Positions 26,601-40,885 are shown, counted from the stretch's first letter. The stretch is 64,000 bases of DNA from Paragordius varius (GCA_964247055.1 OZ176052.1:4092001-4156000); one strand, 5' to 3'. The notes: generated by a model from the sequence alone, not told the origin. Program-made: numbers and translations.

Positions 26601-29600
26601 ATTCCCATTACATTACTTTGGATAAATTTTTATATATTATTTAATCTATAGATAATAAATTTAATTAAAGACCTCTTGATATACAGAAAGCAGCATCGGA
26701 AATATAAATAGCTTTTTTTGCTATATACATTATATTTAGCGTTTTAAATAAAATTCTATTTGTATTCACGTATATTTTCTCTATATAATTTTAGTTACAA
26801 AATAGAATTTTTCTTGCACCAAAATTATTCTGACATTTGTAAATAATCCACTTCCAGAAACTCTATTACCAAATTAGAAATCTAACAATTTTTGCAATTA
26901 TATATATTGAAAAACTGATAATAAATGGATTTATTTTTATTCCATAGAATTTTTAGCATTTTTTTACAATAAGAATATTTAATTAGGTTTCAACAAAATT
27001 TTAAAATAACAATGTTCCGGTCTTATAAAAATATTGTCAATTACAAACTTCGTTTGCAAAAATTGCTCCTGCAACATCTCTTCAAGTCTAATTCTACAAC
27101 AACACCTAAAATACATATAAGAATTTAATTTATTATACATAATGAATATAATAGTCAAACATAAAGTGATTCCAATAGTATTCACCAACTATTGGAACTA
27201 GTATAGTTTTTTTCTATATGTTTGAGCGTTTGATGGAACCGTTCTTCATCCTGGTCTGTAGCCCTCTACCGGAATTAGTATAATTACCTTGCTGTGGGCT
27301 CATATTTCCTTGTAATGAACTAATTTCTCAGCAAAATACATGTTGTAATAGGTAATTATTTGTTCAGTTATTTTAATCAAATTTGTAGGGCGATGATACC
27401 TTCCACATATATAGCAGAAAAGGTCTTTATTCAATTTGCAATTAAATTTATTATCTATAGATTAAATAGTATATAAACATTTATCCAAAGAAATGTAATG
27501 GGAATTTCATAATCTTGAAGTTTTTTTGGTTTTTTCAGTATTCGCATTTGAAAATTGTGGATTTATGTATTTATGAAACAGTGAGAAGCATGTGAGGAAA
27601 ATGCAACAAAAATCGCGAAAATTTTTTGAGGGACTTAAAAAGATACATAGCCTTTATTATATATACCAACTCTTTGGCATGTTATATATAAGTCATAAAC
27701 TTAAATAATAATAACAATATGGAGTTCTTACAAATATTTTTTTTATAATATATTTTGACAATGTCATAAAATTTACGAATTTCTATTTTTGTGGAATAAA
27801 AAAATTATTGATACTTTAAAATAATTTTATGTATTTTTCTTAAGAATATATAAGGTTTTATATAATATATAAAAGTTTTATCATGTTTGCTCAATAAGTT
27901 TAAAAAATATGGACAAAAATCTATTTCTAGTCAAAAATGAAAAAATGGAATATTTCCATTTTGGGGCGCATTTTTGCCCCAAAATTTTTGGGGTCTCCTT
28001 TTCCAAGGGATTTCTTATTATTCTAGTTAAAAATCATGTTTATTTTTTTGTGCGCACTGTGTAATAGGAAACATTATTTTTTAAAGTATTAATGTTTTTT
28101 TTATTAATCAAGTTATATGCCTTGGAATAGTAAAATAGCTTTGATCAATTCACAAAATATTAAATAGCAAACGTTTGATATTTTATCCACAAATATACAA
28201 TGCTCAAGAAAGTTACACCCTATATTTTTTATTCAGATTTAAAATAAATATTTCATCGGTCCATGTTTTTGATACTTTGTTTCATACTAATATATTTTTT
28301 GATTAGATTTTAGATTAAAGTTATCAATATTTATACCTGTTTTTTTAATATACAGTTATCATGCCTACTAACGATGCAAAGGAACCGCATATAGAAAATT
28401 TTTACCTGGAAGATATTTTGGAGATGTAAACATTTTTTTGATAGTCTTTATTAATATAAGTTAATTTTTTTAAAATATTATCATTAACCAATATAATTAT
28501 TACAATTGCATTTTTTAGAATCAATTATAGTTATGAAAACGAGCCTAGAGTGGACAAAACATCTTTTGATATGTCCTATGCAAAACAATTTTTTGAAACC
28601 ATAACAGCTATATTGTATCAAACGAAGCCTACATCAACGCAAGATTACAATGCGCAATTATTGAAAATTAAACAAACAGAATTTCAGACCCTATTTTCTG
28701 CCCTTCCTACCAATATAACCAATAACTGTCCGGAAAAGTCATCAAATACAATGGATTTACAGCGTTACCTTAGTAATGTAAGTCATATATTTTTTTTCTA
28801 TACACCCCAATGGCGCCCTTTTTAACATTAGAATAGTCATATTTTATAATTATTTTATAAAAGTTACTCCATTGAAAAAGATACTACCATTTTATCAAAA
28901 ATTTTGGATATAGTTTTATTTGATAAATTTTACGAGCTTTTCTCATTTTTGCTAGGGTGGTAATTATTCATTTTTAATTGTTTAATTGAGTTGACTATAC
29001 CTTTTCTGTAAACCCACTAATTTGTGGGATATTTGGAGCTCCTTTATAATTAACCATCAAAATCATATTTTTTAAAATATATCAAACCATTTTATTTAAA
29101 TAGTAATGAAAAAAAAACAACTGAAGGTTAATTAACTTAATTAAAAAGGGTCTTGATGCTGGTATTAAGCCATGTATTATTTTCGCCTATAATTGGGGTG
29201 AATAATAGTGCATGTTTAATCAATATAAATAAATATTTTGGCTTTTATATAGGAACCTTATATGAATACTCTAATGGAGACTATTTGGATATTGGACGTA
29301 CTAACGTTATCTTTAAACGAAAATAAAAAACTTGACACTGAAATCAACCAAAATAAACCTTATGAGACACCAAATACGTATTTGGGTCTTGTCGTAACAT
29401 TTTTTCTGAAATCAATCGGTTCTTCGGGTATTAGAAATTTTCTATAAACTAAAATTCTTAAATGTTGCATTTTATTTAGCTTAGTAATATATACAGAGAT
29501 GAAATTTTTTAATTGTAAATTTTATTTTGTTTTCACTATTAAAAAAATAAACAACTTAATTATAATCAAAAATTATGTTATTCAAAAACTTGGGCCTTGT

Positions 29601-30534
29601 GCTATTACAAAAATAAAATTAATTATTCTCTGACTGTTTTCTTAATATTTTTTCATGTTTACCCCTGGATATATTTTTATTATTTTTTTATTAATTAGTA
29701 TTAATGCTACGGAATACAAGGTTGGACATTAATTTTTTCATGATGGCAGCTTGGTTAGGCAATATATCAGTTCTCAAAGATTTGTTTGATACCTCAATGC
29801 GCCAAACTTATGATAAGTTTGATTATAGTCAAAATTCTATTCCAGCCGAAAATAAAGGTATATATTACCAATTTTGGTATATTTTAGCATTTTTTTTAAA
29901 TTTTTTTATAATATATTAAAATTTAAGTACAACTACATTATTTGATTAAAATCACAACTAACTCATTTAGGTCTATTCAATTTAAAGGGACACCCCAACT
30001 AAAAATAATAATTTAATTAAAGCTTATGAGCATGGTTAGTATTAAAATTATTTTGGTGAAAGTATAAGCGTCAAATTTGAAGATTTTGAAGTAAAATTTA
30101 TGTAATACACCATGTAATTTGTTATGCAATACATAAGACTTTGGATTGTTAAGGATAATAAATAAACTTTATTACAACTTCGGAATGAAAACTAATTCAA
30201 AAACGAATAAATTTTTTTTTACATAAAACAGCAAAGATCGTGCAATAAACCATTAAACCACAATATGGTATATTATTTGAATTACCTGAGAAATATTGGT
30301 TGCTTTCAAAAGACATTTCTCATTTTTATTTTTTTTCAGCCTAATTGCTCTATCATCAAAAAATTGCAAAAATATTTTTAAAATTCAAAAATTGGTACCT
30401 AGAGAGTCAACAAGTGAACTCAATTCTATGTTATTGAATAATGAACATATATTGTTTATAAGAATTAATGCATATTGAAAATGTGTTTTTTTTATCGTTT
30501 TAAATAAATTTCACTGCTTAGTTATATACTCTAA

Positions 30535-30565
<31 letters not shown>

Positions 30566-33500
30566 ACAGGTTATGGACATGTTAACACATTACTTAACGC
30601 TTTCTCCAAGCACAAGGGATGGATTGCATTAGATTGGGCATTTTATTCACCAATTAATTCGAGTTTTGGCAATTCTAACCTGGACGCACAAATATTGAAT
30701 GATTCTTTCAATAAAATTAATCTTGTTGATTCTTCCAATCATTCTGCAAAAGATAATGTTAATTCATCTGAAGTCCAAAATTACTTTGGATCTACATACA
30801 ATAGTGCCGCCTATGACCTAATTCAAACATTTTAGTATACATTTATTGGTGTTTAATAAATTAGTTAGTTTTTACAATATTTTGAAAAATATTCATAATG
30901 TAATTTGAAGGATTTTACATATCTTTATGTATAAAATCTGATTCTTTGACAAAATGCATTAAACATATTTTTGAAATCTCAATTAGTTTATTCTTTTTCT
31001 AAAAGTTATTAAAATATTTTTGGGTGAGCATTAATGCTTGGTATATCCATTTCTCTTCAATGTTTTTAAAATAGAATTTCATGATAATAATTTTTTTTGC
31101 ATTCATTACTCTTTCTAGCGAACTAACCTCCTTACAACCGTTTGAAGAAGCTAAATTATATTTATTGCAAACAAACCAAAATTTATCAACATCACCCAAA
31201 ACAGTCGATAAACTTTTAAACTTTTATCATTCCTTATATGACACGAATACGAATAATAATAATAATACGGTTGAAAATGCAGTAATATATACATTGAAAC
31301 AACTCTTGTTAAATATATGTACCCAATATACCAAAGAACAAAGAATGGATAAAAATTATGAAGCAACATTAGCCTTTAACATACTATGTATTATGCCACT
31401 TGTGGATGATTTATTGACTGTAAGAAAAAGTGTGATAAATTTTTTGACCGAATATATCTCTGTACACATGAACAATCAGAACGAAAATGTTGAGACACTA
31501 AAGTAAAAAATATAATTATATTAGTAATAGAATAATTTATATTTACTGTTTTCAGTAAAGTTTAACCATTCGTTTATATTTTTAATATTTTTGTTGCCGT
31601 TTGTTTTTAAGGTTTAAAACTTTTATGCTGTTTCGTGATATGCATCCACAAGATTTGAAACCTATATACCATTCCCTGTTAGATCAACACTCTCAATCGA
31701 AACAAGTTAACATTGTAAGTTTTTACCGTCCATCATTTTTATTTAAAAAATTGTAAAAGTTAATGTGGATATAATTGGTTTTTATACCTAAATTCACCAA
31801 GAAATATATTATTCCAATGGTATTAATATCTTAATTCCTATCAAAAATTAATGATTTTTATTTTTACCTATAAATAAGTCTTTTACTATTTGTTTATATT
31901 ACGAGATGGATTTTTTCCGATTTTTTTGAGTCATTTTTTAGGCTAGCCATCCTGGTAAAATCATTTAATACTTAAATAAATGTAAACTATTCTTTTATTA
32001 TCAGATATTTGCCACGGAGATTGTTGAGAATTACATTCCATTACCAAATATACATAGCATCATAGATTTCGGATTAATTTATCAGGTAAAAAGTAATTAT
32101 CTAATTTTATTATTAAATGGTATAAAAATAAATAACTTATTTTATATCCCCCTAAAATTTATAGGAATATTACAAACTGGATCAAAATGCAAGCACACTA
32201 AAACAGGGATTGATTAGTTCTCAAAATTTGGCTAATAGACAAAACATGTAATTTATATACACATTTTGATAATATAATATATTAAATACTTTGGAACCTC
32301 AATTTATGAAAAACATTTTTGCATAAAAATCTAAATTTTTTTATAGAAACTGTATTTTTTACACTTAGCCTTAAAACATGGATATCTTTACCCGGTCATG
32401 GGGAAAATATCAGTAGATGTTATTACGCATTTTACTCAAAATCAAGATACGATCTAATTTGTCGCACAGATGAGGCGAATGATATTCATATATCGAATTA
32501 TCCAATCATCCCACAATACCCTAGTATTTGGTATATAATTTTAAACATTATACAGTAAAAATTAATATTTTAAAAACATTAAAAACCAAAAAAAAAATTT
32601 TTCAAATAAACGACATTATTTGATTTTTTACATTATTGTGAAATCGATAATTAAGTGTGGTATTGATCTATATATCCATTCCATATTTGCAACCTAAATA
32701 AGATACATATATAAAAATATGGTTTAAAAAATATTTATTTTCAGTTTTACGTTTGTCTTTATAATTTCAATTTTTTTTGTATTTCCCTAAATGTATATCA
32801 TCTATTAAATTATACATTATATAGTCCTGATTTGCAACCCAAAATAAATAATATAGTATGCATAAATATATGATTGTTCATTATTTTTATTTTCAATTTT
32901 AATGTTTTGTCTTATAATTTCAATTTTTACTGTAATTTCCTAGTTATATATTCTATATAAATTTTTACATTATATACATATAGTCAATATAATTCATATG
33001 TGTTTGGTGATATTTCCAACATAATATTAACGGCAAAAATGTTACTAAATAACACAAATTCTACGCTCAATACTTCAACTCCGTACCCGTCTGGTTTATC
33101 TCTCAGTGATTTTTTGCAAAAAATCCCTTGCGATTTGACTCATTCAAACCATGTACGAAACAAAATTAGCCCTGTCACTACCAAGGAAGAAATTAAAAAG
33201 GAAAAATCCAAGTCTGAAGAAAATACGTATGCACAATATCTGGCTAAAAAGATTAGAACTCTTATACAAAACTTAAAAGTAATGATTGATAATTTATTAT
33301 AAATATAAACTATGGGTATTCGAAGGATTCATAAATTTTAAGAGGTCAATGGTATTGTAAAAGGCTTTTTTATATATATATTAATTATAAAATTTTTACT
33401 TAAACAATTTTTACAAGCAACATTGATTACCCAAAACTTTAAGTTTAAATATTTTATTGCTTTAAAAATATATTGCAAAAAACTGTTTTTCATTGTAAAT

Positions 33501-36500
33501 TATCAATATATATATTTATATAATATTATGAAATTTATGCAATGATATTAACCTTAAAGTTCGTATTTTAATTTAATTACCATTCACTGATTAATTATGC
33601 TCTGAGAATATTTTTTGCTTAAAATGTATTTTTAATGTGAATAAGGAATTTATTTCTATAAATAGAATATAGATGTACTGGATGATTGTGGTGATATAAC
33701 TGAATGTGGTCAACATTCACTTGATATACCCTTGAATCCGGTCTGGTCTCGCCTCATAATTCATGGACTTGTTTTCAAGTGTCTTGATCCAATACTTACT
33801 ATAGTTTCTATGCTAGTTACATGTTTGCCCTTCAATAACACAGGCTTACCTTACTTGCCCGCAAATAGCATACTTAATTATCACATTAAAAAAAAATGTT
33901 TTCAAAATGAACATTATGTTGTTAATATTCCAAAAATTGATAAGTCTGACTTAAATAATGTGTTCGGAGGGAGTAATCGAAGAAACAGTTTTGAAAAAAT
34001 GGGAGTGTCCGTTGATAATAGGTAAACATTACATATATGATTAGAAATTTATACTTAATTTTTCGATTGGTTTTATTAATATTTTAAACAAAAATTTATC
34101 TACATGTATTGGCATATAAAATGTGTTAATTAATTGGATTTTCCTTATTAATTTATTTAAAAAGTATAAAAGTTTTTTATACACACATTTATATTTTTAC
34201 GTGTAAACTTCCTAATTAATTTAAATAATCCCTCTCTCTATATACATATATATATGTATATATATATATCATATATATGTAAATGGTAATATATTTAAAT
34301 TAATAACCCAAATCATTATTGAATAAATATTGAGTTTATATTGATATCGTTATGTAGATTGAGCATAAACGGTTCACATCAAATTCGTATAGACAAAGGG
34401 AGCATGAGTGATCATTTGTTAGCCATACGAATATTTCAGGTTCTAATTTTTCCATATGTAGGCAATTTCTATATATATATATATATTAAACTATAAGATA
34501 TGGTTTATATGAGAGAATGAAATTTTTTCAAATCTGGTTTAGAAATGCATTTATGACCCTAACTCAGACCACAGATAACATAACCATCCAAAAACTTTTA
34601 CATGATAAAATTAAGATAAATAAATGGCATAAAATCTAAATATGGGAAATAATTATGAATTTGTATCGAATTTGCATTTAAATTTTATTTATCAATATAG
34701 CAACTAACCCGATTTAAGGTGGTTAACTTTTTTTGTTTTGTTTAGTAACAACGAACTATAATCTACATTTGTTATAATTTGTTTATGATTACAAATCACA
34801 GCATTCATAAACAGTTGGGCCGATAATATATATCACTTGGAAACAAACTTTCAATTTTAAATAGGGAATCCAAATTTAAGGAATATTATAGTTTACAAAA
34901 TAGCCATATTTTTTGGTACCATAAGACTTTTTATGAAAATGCATAAAAATTGAAAATATGCGGAAACCTTTGTGTCGTAAAAAAATATTATTATGTTAAA
35001 AGGCGTGGCAAAAAGCCAGATTAGATGGGACAGAATCTAGTTTTTGTCATCGATACAACCTTTCGAGCCATTTGTTGGAATCGGCCTACACTTTAAGATC
35101 ACATCTTTTGGGTCAACTTCGTGCGTCTGGCTTAGTTAGATCTTCATCTTGCACCGCATCTAATGTCGTTAATAATAATGGATCATCTACCAATAACCAT
35201 AATAATGTAGTGTTGTCACCTAACAATATTAATATTATGAATTCAGCTCAAAATGTCGGCTCAAATGCCATCAGTGGAAATGGGATAGAATCTTTTGGAG
35301 ATATTAGGTATGTTTTTTTTTCATTTATTTTTAAAACTATTTGGAATTTGGAATGGTTCATCCATACATTTTAAAATTATGAAAATACTTTTTTAGACCA
35401 GTAAATTATGGGTGTTATTGGTTAGCAATAATTAAAAATAATTATTTTAATTGTTATTTATCTATTTATCTTTTATTTATGCTACTAAATCAATTTATTG
35501 GTTATATATATATATATATATATATATAATTCTGGCAGAATTCGTTTATTATACTCCTTTTACCCACCTAGTATCGATTCTATACAATTATATTAAGATA
35601 TTTACAAATATGATTGGTAATCAAGATCTCTTTATTAGTTTATGAGATTCAAATTTTTTGTATATCCGGTTTTTTTGGTAATATAATTACAGTAAAATTA
35701 AAATTATGCGGACAAAACGTAAAATAAGAAAAATATTTTTTTCTAAAAGACAACCATACTTTTTAAAACCTTATTGTTTTCCATATAAGCTTCATAGTTA
35801 ATTGTAAAATATAGAATTGATTGTGTTAGTTATATATATCTCTATTTCACCCTTTGTCATTTAAAACAATTAGTCCTATTGAAATAAATCAAGATTTAAA
35901 AAGTATGGTTGTCTTTTAAAAAATATTTTTCTTTATATTTTCACGTTTTGTCCATATAATTTCAGTTTTTTCTGTAAATGATTTTTTTCCACTTTTTAGA
36001 GACTGTAACAATAACTCTGAAAGTTGGCCAATGGTTAAAGCGTGTTTAACCATCGCACTTTATCCCAACATTGTAAAAATGATACCGGATTCATCAAATG
36101 ACGGTAATTTATCCAATTTATTTGATAAATATATGGGAATATATTATCGTAAAATTAATTTATATTAACCGTTTTATGGAAATATGTATGTTTTTATTTA
36201 CAGTTCAAATTCACCCTTGAACAATTTAAATTAACCCTAAAAATAAATTATATATTTTCGAACTAATATAAATCATTATTCATATGAAATATATGTTTAT
36301 AGCATAGTTTATTTGTTGAGAATGTATGAAAATATAGGTAATTTTTAATCTTAAAAATTATAACTTATTTTAGGGTGAATTATTGTTCGAGGCTGAATTT
36401 GAATTGTTCAAGGGTGAATTGAATTGTAAATGGTATATTAAAATTAATGTATTATGTATATTATGGATTTATCGAAATAATTAAACTTAAGATATATATT

Positions 36501-37313
36501 TAAAAAACTGTCTTATAATAATTTCATGCCTTTTACATAATTTTAATGAATATACGTTTCTTTTGTAATGTTAACAGATCCGGCAAATAAATGTCAATTT
36601 TCCCAATCATCCTATGTTTTTGAAAGCTCATACTACAATAAATACTTGTGTTCTCCATCACATACATATTTGCCGTTTGAAGTTACTTTAAAGACTACCG
36701 CTGACAATAACAAATTGGCCTTTTATAATCCCACATTTATCATACCTAAAATCCATGAAATACCCGCGCAAAATTCATCCCATTCATACAAAGTACAGTT
36801 GAACCCAACATCTATTCTGCCGAATGGTGGTGACACCAAAATTTCGCATAAAAATGGTGAAAATCATCCGCTTTGGTTAATTTTTACACGTTTTTGTGGC
36901 CCAACGAAATATTACTTAGCAGCAACGTCTATAGATGATAAAAGTTTATCGCCAAATGTGCATTCGTTTAACTTGAAAAACAAAAATATCCTGAGTTTCA
37001 TTTCCCAATGTACTCTTATTAATCCACTTACCATCATTTTGTTTGGAGGACCAGGGAAAACACCGAAAGATTTTATCCAAGACATTGAAAATCCAGACAG
37101 TGAGTTTTTTAAAGTCAAAAATTTACAGTTATTTTCAAAATTAAAAGCTACCCGAGTTTTAATTTTCTTTTTTTTATAATAAATAAGTATATAATTTTCT
37201 TTATAATTATCAAAAAATCTAATACAAATAACAAAATATTTTACCAAATTATGGATACTCTTTCTAACAAATATTCATTACAATTGTTGGTTTAAATATT
37301 TAATATACATTTT

Positions 37314-37351
<38 letters not shown>

Positions 37352-40300
37352 GGTCTTCAGAATATGGCAAGTCTTGTGTTACAGGAAGAAAGTGATAGCG
37401 AAAGCGAAACATTTTACGAAAATACTTCTTTCAGCCAAAACGTTAGGTATATTATATTTATAATATTTGACTTCACTATATTCTTGTAATACTTTCCGGT
37501 CTTCTATGAATAATATTGTTTAATTATTTATTAAAAATGCTATTTTTGTTATCAACGAACTAGGAATCATAAAAAGCGGGCTTCATTGGGCGATTGGATT
37601 GAATTAAAGTTAGATGAACGCTTATTACTTACCCAACAATCGGACCTGATTCGACAATGTTTGGCTTTAAGGCAAAAATATCAATCCTTTATATTACGGA
37701 GACTTCGACAACCATCTAAAGCCTGGACTCATGCAGATGATGTAATAACTAAATTTTTTGTGTATTTAAACCAAGTCTTCATATTCGTTTTTTTTTAAAC
37801 GGCGCCTATAAACTAAAAACGAAGATGTGTAAATTTGGCAATTTGAATTTGTTTTAACGTTTTTCGTTTAATAGGTTTAAACCTAGTAAAAAATAACACA
37901 AATATTGAATTAAAACTGGTATGAAAAACATTAGTTCTTTTTTGTTTATTTTATGCTGTTCTTTCTTTATATAATTATCTAGAAATATCTTTTTTTCTTT
38001 GTCAAAAGTTCTGCTGTTATAATATTTTTCGGATAGTAATGATTTAGGTTTTAAGGTATAATCACATTTGCCACAAATTTAATAATTATCAGCATGATCC
38101 AATTAGTTAATACACCCTGTTTTGGTAAAAATTCTCGGTATTAGGGTGGAGAGAAAGAACTATGAGTTTGATTTAAAAAAATATGTAAATTTGCTTAATA
38201 TTATTGCATTAACTTCTATTTTATCAAGTTTTTGCCATATATTAAATTTACAATAATTGAAAGACATATAATTTTGAATGATTACCCACACCCATTTTTA
38301 TAGGTGCTTATATATCAAAAGTAATTTCTGTTTAATTTACACTCAAAAGGTTTTATTGCGAAGCCTGGTTCAAATGTTAGAACAAGAAGATATTCAAGCA
38401 GGCATTACCCCACAACCTTCTGGGATTGGGTTGAGGCCAAAACCGCTTCCTATCGAATATTACAATGAAGTCGAATCTAATGATGCGTATCACCAAAAAC
38501 AAAATATCAATTATAATTTTGTTGCGCAAGATACTGTTTATAACCAAAGTATTTTATATCAACATTCTAGAGTCGTTAGGCAAAACTTTTAAATTTGTTT
38601 CAATTCTTTGTATATTTCAAACAATTTTTTGCATAGATATAGGATATAATCCAAGTTAGTTGAACATCTTATATAATAATAGATAATCGTTCTTGGTTAA
38701 CAGAAACCTTATATAATATATTTTTTATTTTTTCAATTATTGGTTACATTTGTTTAATTTCTTTGTTTGCTTCTTTATATTATTGACACTTTCAATATGT
38801 TGGAGTTTTTTTCACAGGAAATGATTTCGCCAGAAATATTGGCTTATTTATCATTCGATAGTTCCGTACCCATGGTTTTCATATATAACAATTGTTTTTT
38901 AAGCAATCAATTTTAAATCTTATTTATTATGAATTAAGGAAAGAGTTCAGGGGACATAAATACACAACTCCCCTCACAGTTTGTGAAATTGCCTCCTTTG
39001 AAAAAACTTAAATTTGGACTCATAAAATTGGAGATGCAAAACAATTTTACCATCAACAACACTAATAATAATAATTATAACAATATGATAATTGCTCCAA
39101 ATTTAATAGGGAAAGATTTAACATTTGAGTCCACCGCCGTATGTCCCACTAATACCAATCTTGTTATGTTGGCAAATTCTAAGCCACCGAAATTGGGTAT
39201 GATGAATAAATTAATACATTTTACATATTAGAATTTTAGAGACAAAATGTCTAAAAACAAAATTTTTTATGAAAAATAACCATACTACTGTTTCATAATT
39301 TTTCTATATCCAAATCATTTCTACAACTGTGCAATGTATAATTGAGTGTATTACCTATATAAATCACTATTTATTTCGAAACCCATAACGATAGGTGATA
39401 AAAATAGGGGTATATAAATATGGTTTTTTTATATAAAAAATATTAGTCACGTTTTGTCTTTATTAATTTTACTGTAATTTATTTGAATTGAAGAAATATT
39501 TTTGAGTTCTGCTGCATAGTATCAATAAAATATCGTTATATTTATTTAGGTAACCCAGATGATTTTTGCAATTATCCTGCCGTTGAAAAGGATATATTGG
39601 CCATTATTGCTAAAAATGTATGCATATGCTTTACTTTTAAATGTTACCTACTTTAAATATTTAACATATACATCCATTGAAATATTATTGCCAACTATTT
39701 ATTAATTTTTTTTATATAATTTTATTGTTTATTAGACCACAAATCTAATTAGCCATTATCATCAAAGTAATGTGAATAAGAGTGGGCATAATAACAGCGG
39801 AATAGAAAATGAAAATTGTTTAAACCTGCTTTTGTTCGTTTATAAATCGAAAACACGCATTTTTGTCGGAATATTTCACGTAGCTATACATTGGAAAGAG
39901 GCCCTTCAAAATTTAAACACTGAATCTAAGAAGCCCCAGATAACATCACAGCATGATTGGATGATAAAGTTTTTTTCTGGCATATAAATTTTTTTGTACA
40001 AATGGTCGTTATTTCAGAATAATTTATGAGCAAATAAAATACGGTAAAATTTTAAGTTTTTCGAAAAAAAACATGATTTTAAAAAAGTTATTAAGTCATA
40101 TAAAATTTTCCATTTTATGCTTATATATATATCATAGTTTTCGCCTTATCCAAAATCTTATTTTAATTTTAATTTAATCAGATATTGTGGTAAAGAGATC
40201 CACATTTAAAAGTTTAAAAATTTTATTGACAATTTTTTAAAATAAAAAAAATGCAATTGTTTAACTTAACAATTATATTTTTAAATAATTGCATTTAGAA

Positions 40301-40589
40301 AAATAGCTAATTTGATTCATATTCAATCCAACTGTGTACCTGAGTTCAACACCTATTTGACTAATATTTTGACAAACCCTGCTTCCTACATGGTATTCCT
40401 ATATTTTAAATCATATAGAGATTTAAGTACATATTAAATTTATTTAAAGACATTAAAAATTTTAATTATGACATTTAAAAAATATTATATTTTTATTTTT
40501 CACATGTAAAATAGGATATGGAACCGGATAAAGCTGCATATCTGTTTAAATATTTTGACAATCCATCCAAAATATCCTTTTTACAATGA
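23688..40589 (+). CDS. YTHDC2: YTHDC2-like protein (R3H, DExH-like, ankyrin, helicase C, HA2, OB fold, degenerate YTH), over 20 exons
   Basis: Motifs match the family as recalled: FPTSFTSLERKFVH (R3H); YPLTHKERCDLL; GRINIGIP; GEKVGQTIGYQIRLESKVSPTSLLTFCT; KGWIALDWA (ankyrin); VFKCLDPILTI (HA2); AWQKARLDG; LLGQLRASGLVR; NSESWPMVKA...LYPN; LRQKYQSFILRRLRQPSKAW; QPSGIGLRPKP; terminal DMEPDKAAYLF with TGA at 40587-40589. Confidence 0.92.
26022..28061 (-). mobile_element. 2,040-bp DNA transposon with ~650-bp inverted arms and a decayed transposase N-terminus, in a YTHDC2 intron (25824 to ~28355)
   Basis: Arms 26022-26674 and 27421-28061 are reverse complements, with termini CAC(T/A)GTGCGCA next to TA. 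The minus-strand core reads CKLNKDLFCYICG...*AH/AP...VPIVGE..WNH..DY, a decayed form of the FCYICG/WAPH/VWREP.NH..DCYFC motif set of a widespread invertebrate transposon protein. Confidence 0.85.
35690..35974. mobile_element. 285-bp hairpin MITE with TA target duplication (YTHDC2 intron)
   Basis: TA|CAGTAAAATT..GGACAAAACGT..AAAAGACAACCATACTTTT ... AAAAGTATGGTTGTCTTTT..ACGTTTTGTCC..TTTCTG|TA. Confidence 0.75.
36201..36426. mobile_element. 226-bp MITE with TA target duplication (YTHDC2 intron)
   Basis: TA|CAGTTCAAATTCACCCTTGAACAATT ... AATTGTTCAAGGGTGAATTGAATTG|TA. Confidence 0.8.
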
Positions 40590-40844
40590 ATTTGGTATAT
40601 AAAATATATCTGTTAATATTTTGAATATATGGTGTATATATTTTAGCCAAATACTGATTTTATTTATGTAAATATTTTCAAATATTTTAATTAGTTTTTC
40701 ATCATAGCACAATTAAATTTAATACAGTATTTAATGTAGTTTCATTCATTACATAATTTACAATATTTTTTGAAATAAATTAATTCATCACGATGAATTA
40801 ACTAATATTGGCATAATTATATACTTTCAATTATATTTTTAGAC

Positions 40845-40885
40845 CAGAGGTCCCCAACACAAATGGTTTCGAGGGCCGCATTTAA
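40845..40885 (+). mobile_element. Left end of a hAT/Charlie-type MITE; related ends near 52862, 21534 and 55098
   Basis: CAGAGGTCCCCAACAC...GAGGGCCGCATTT here, versus TACGGGTCTCCAACAC...GCGGGCCGCATTT at 52862. Right ends were not found. Confidence 0.55.
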
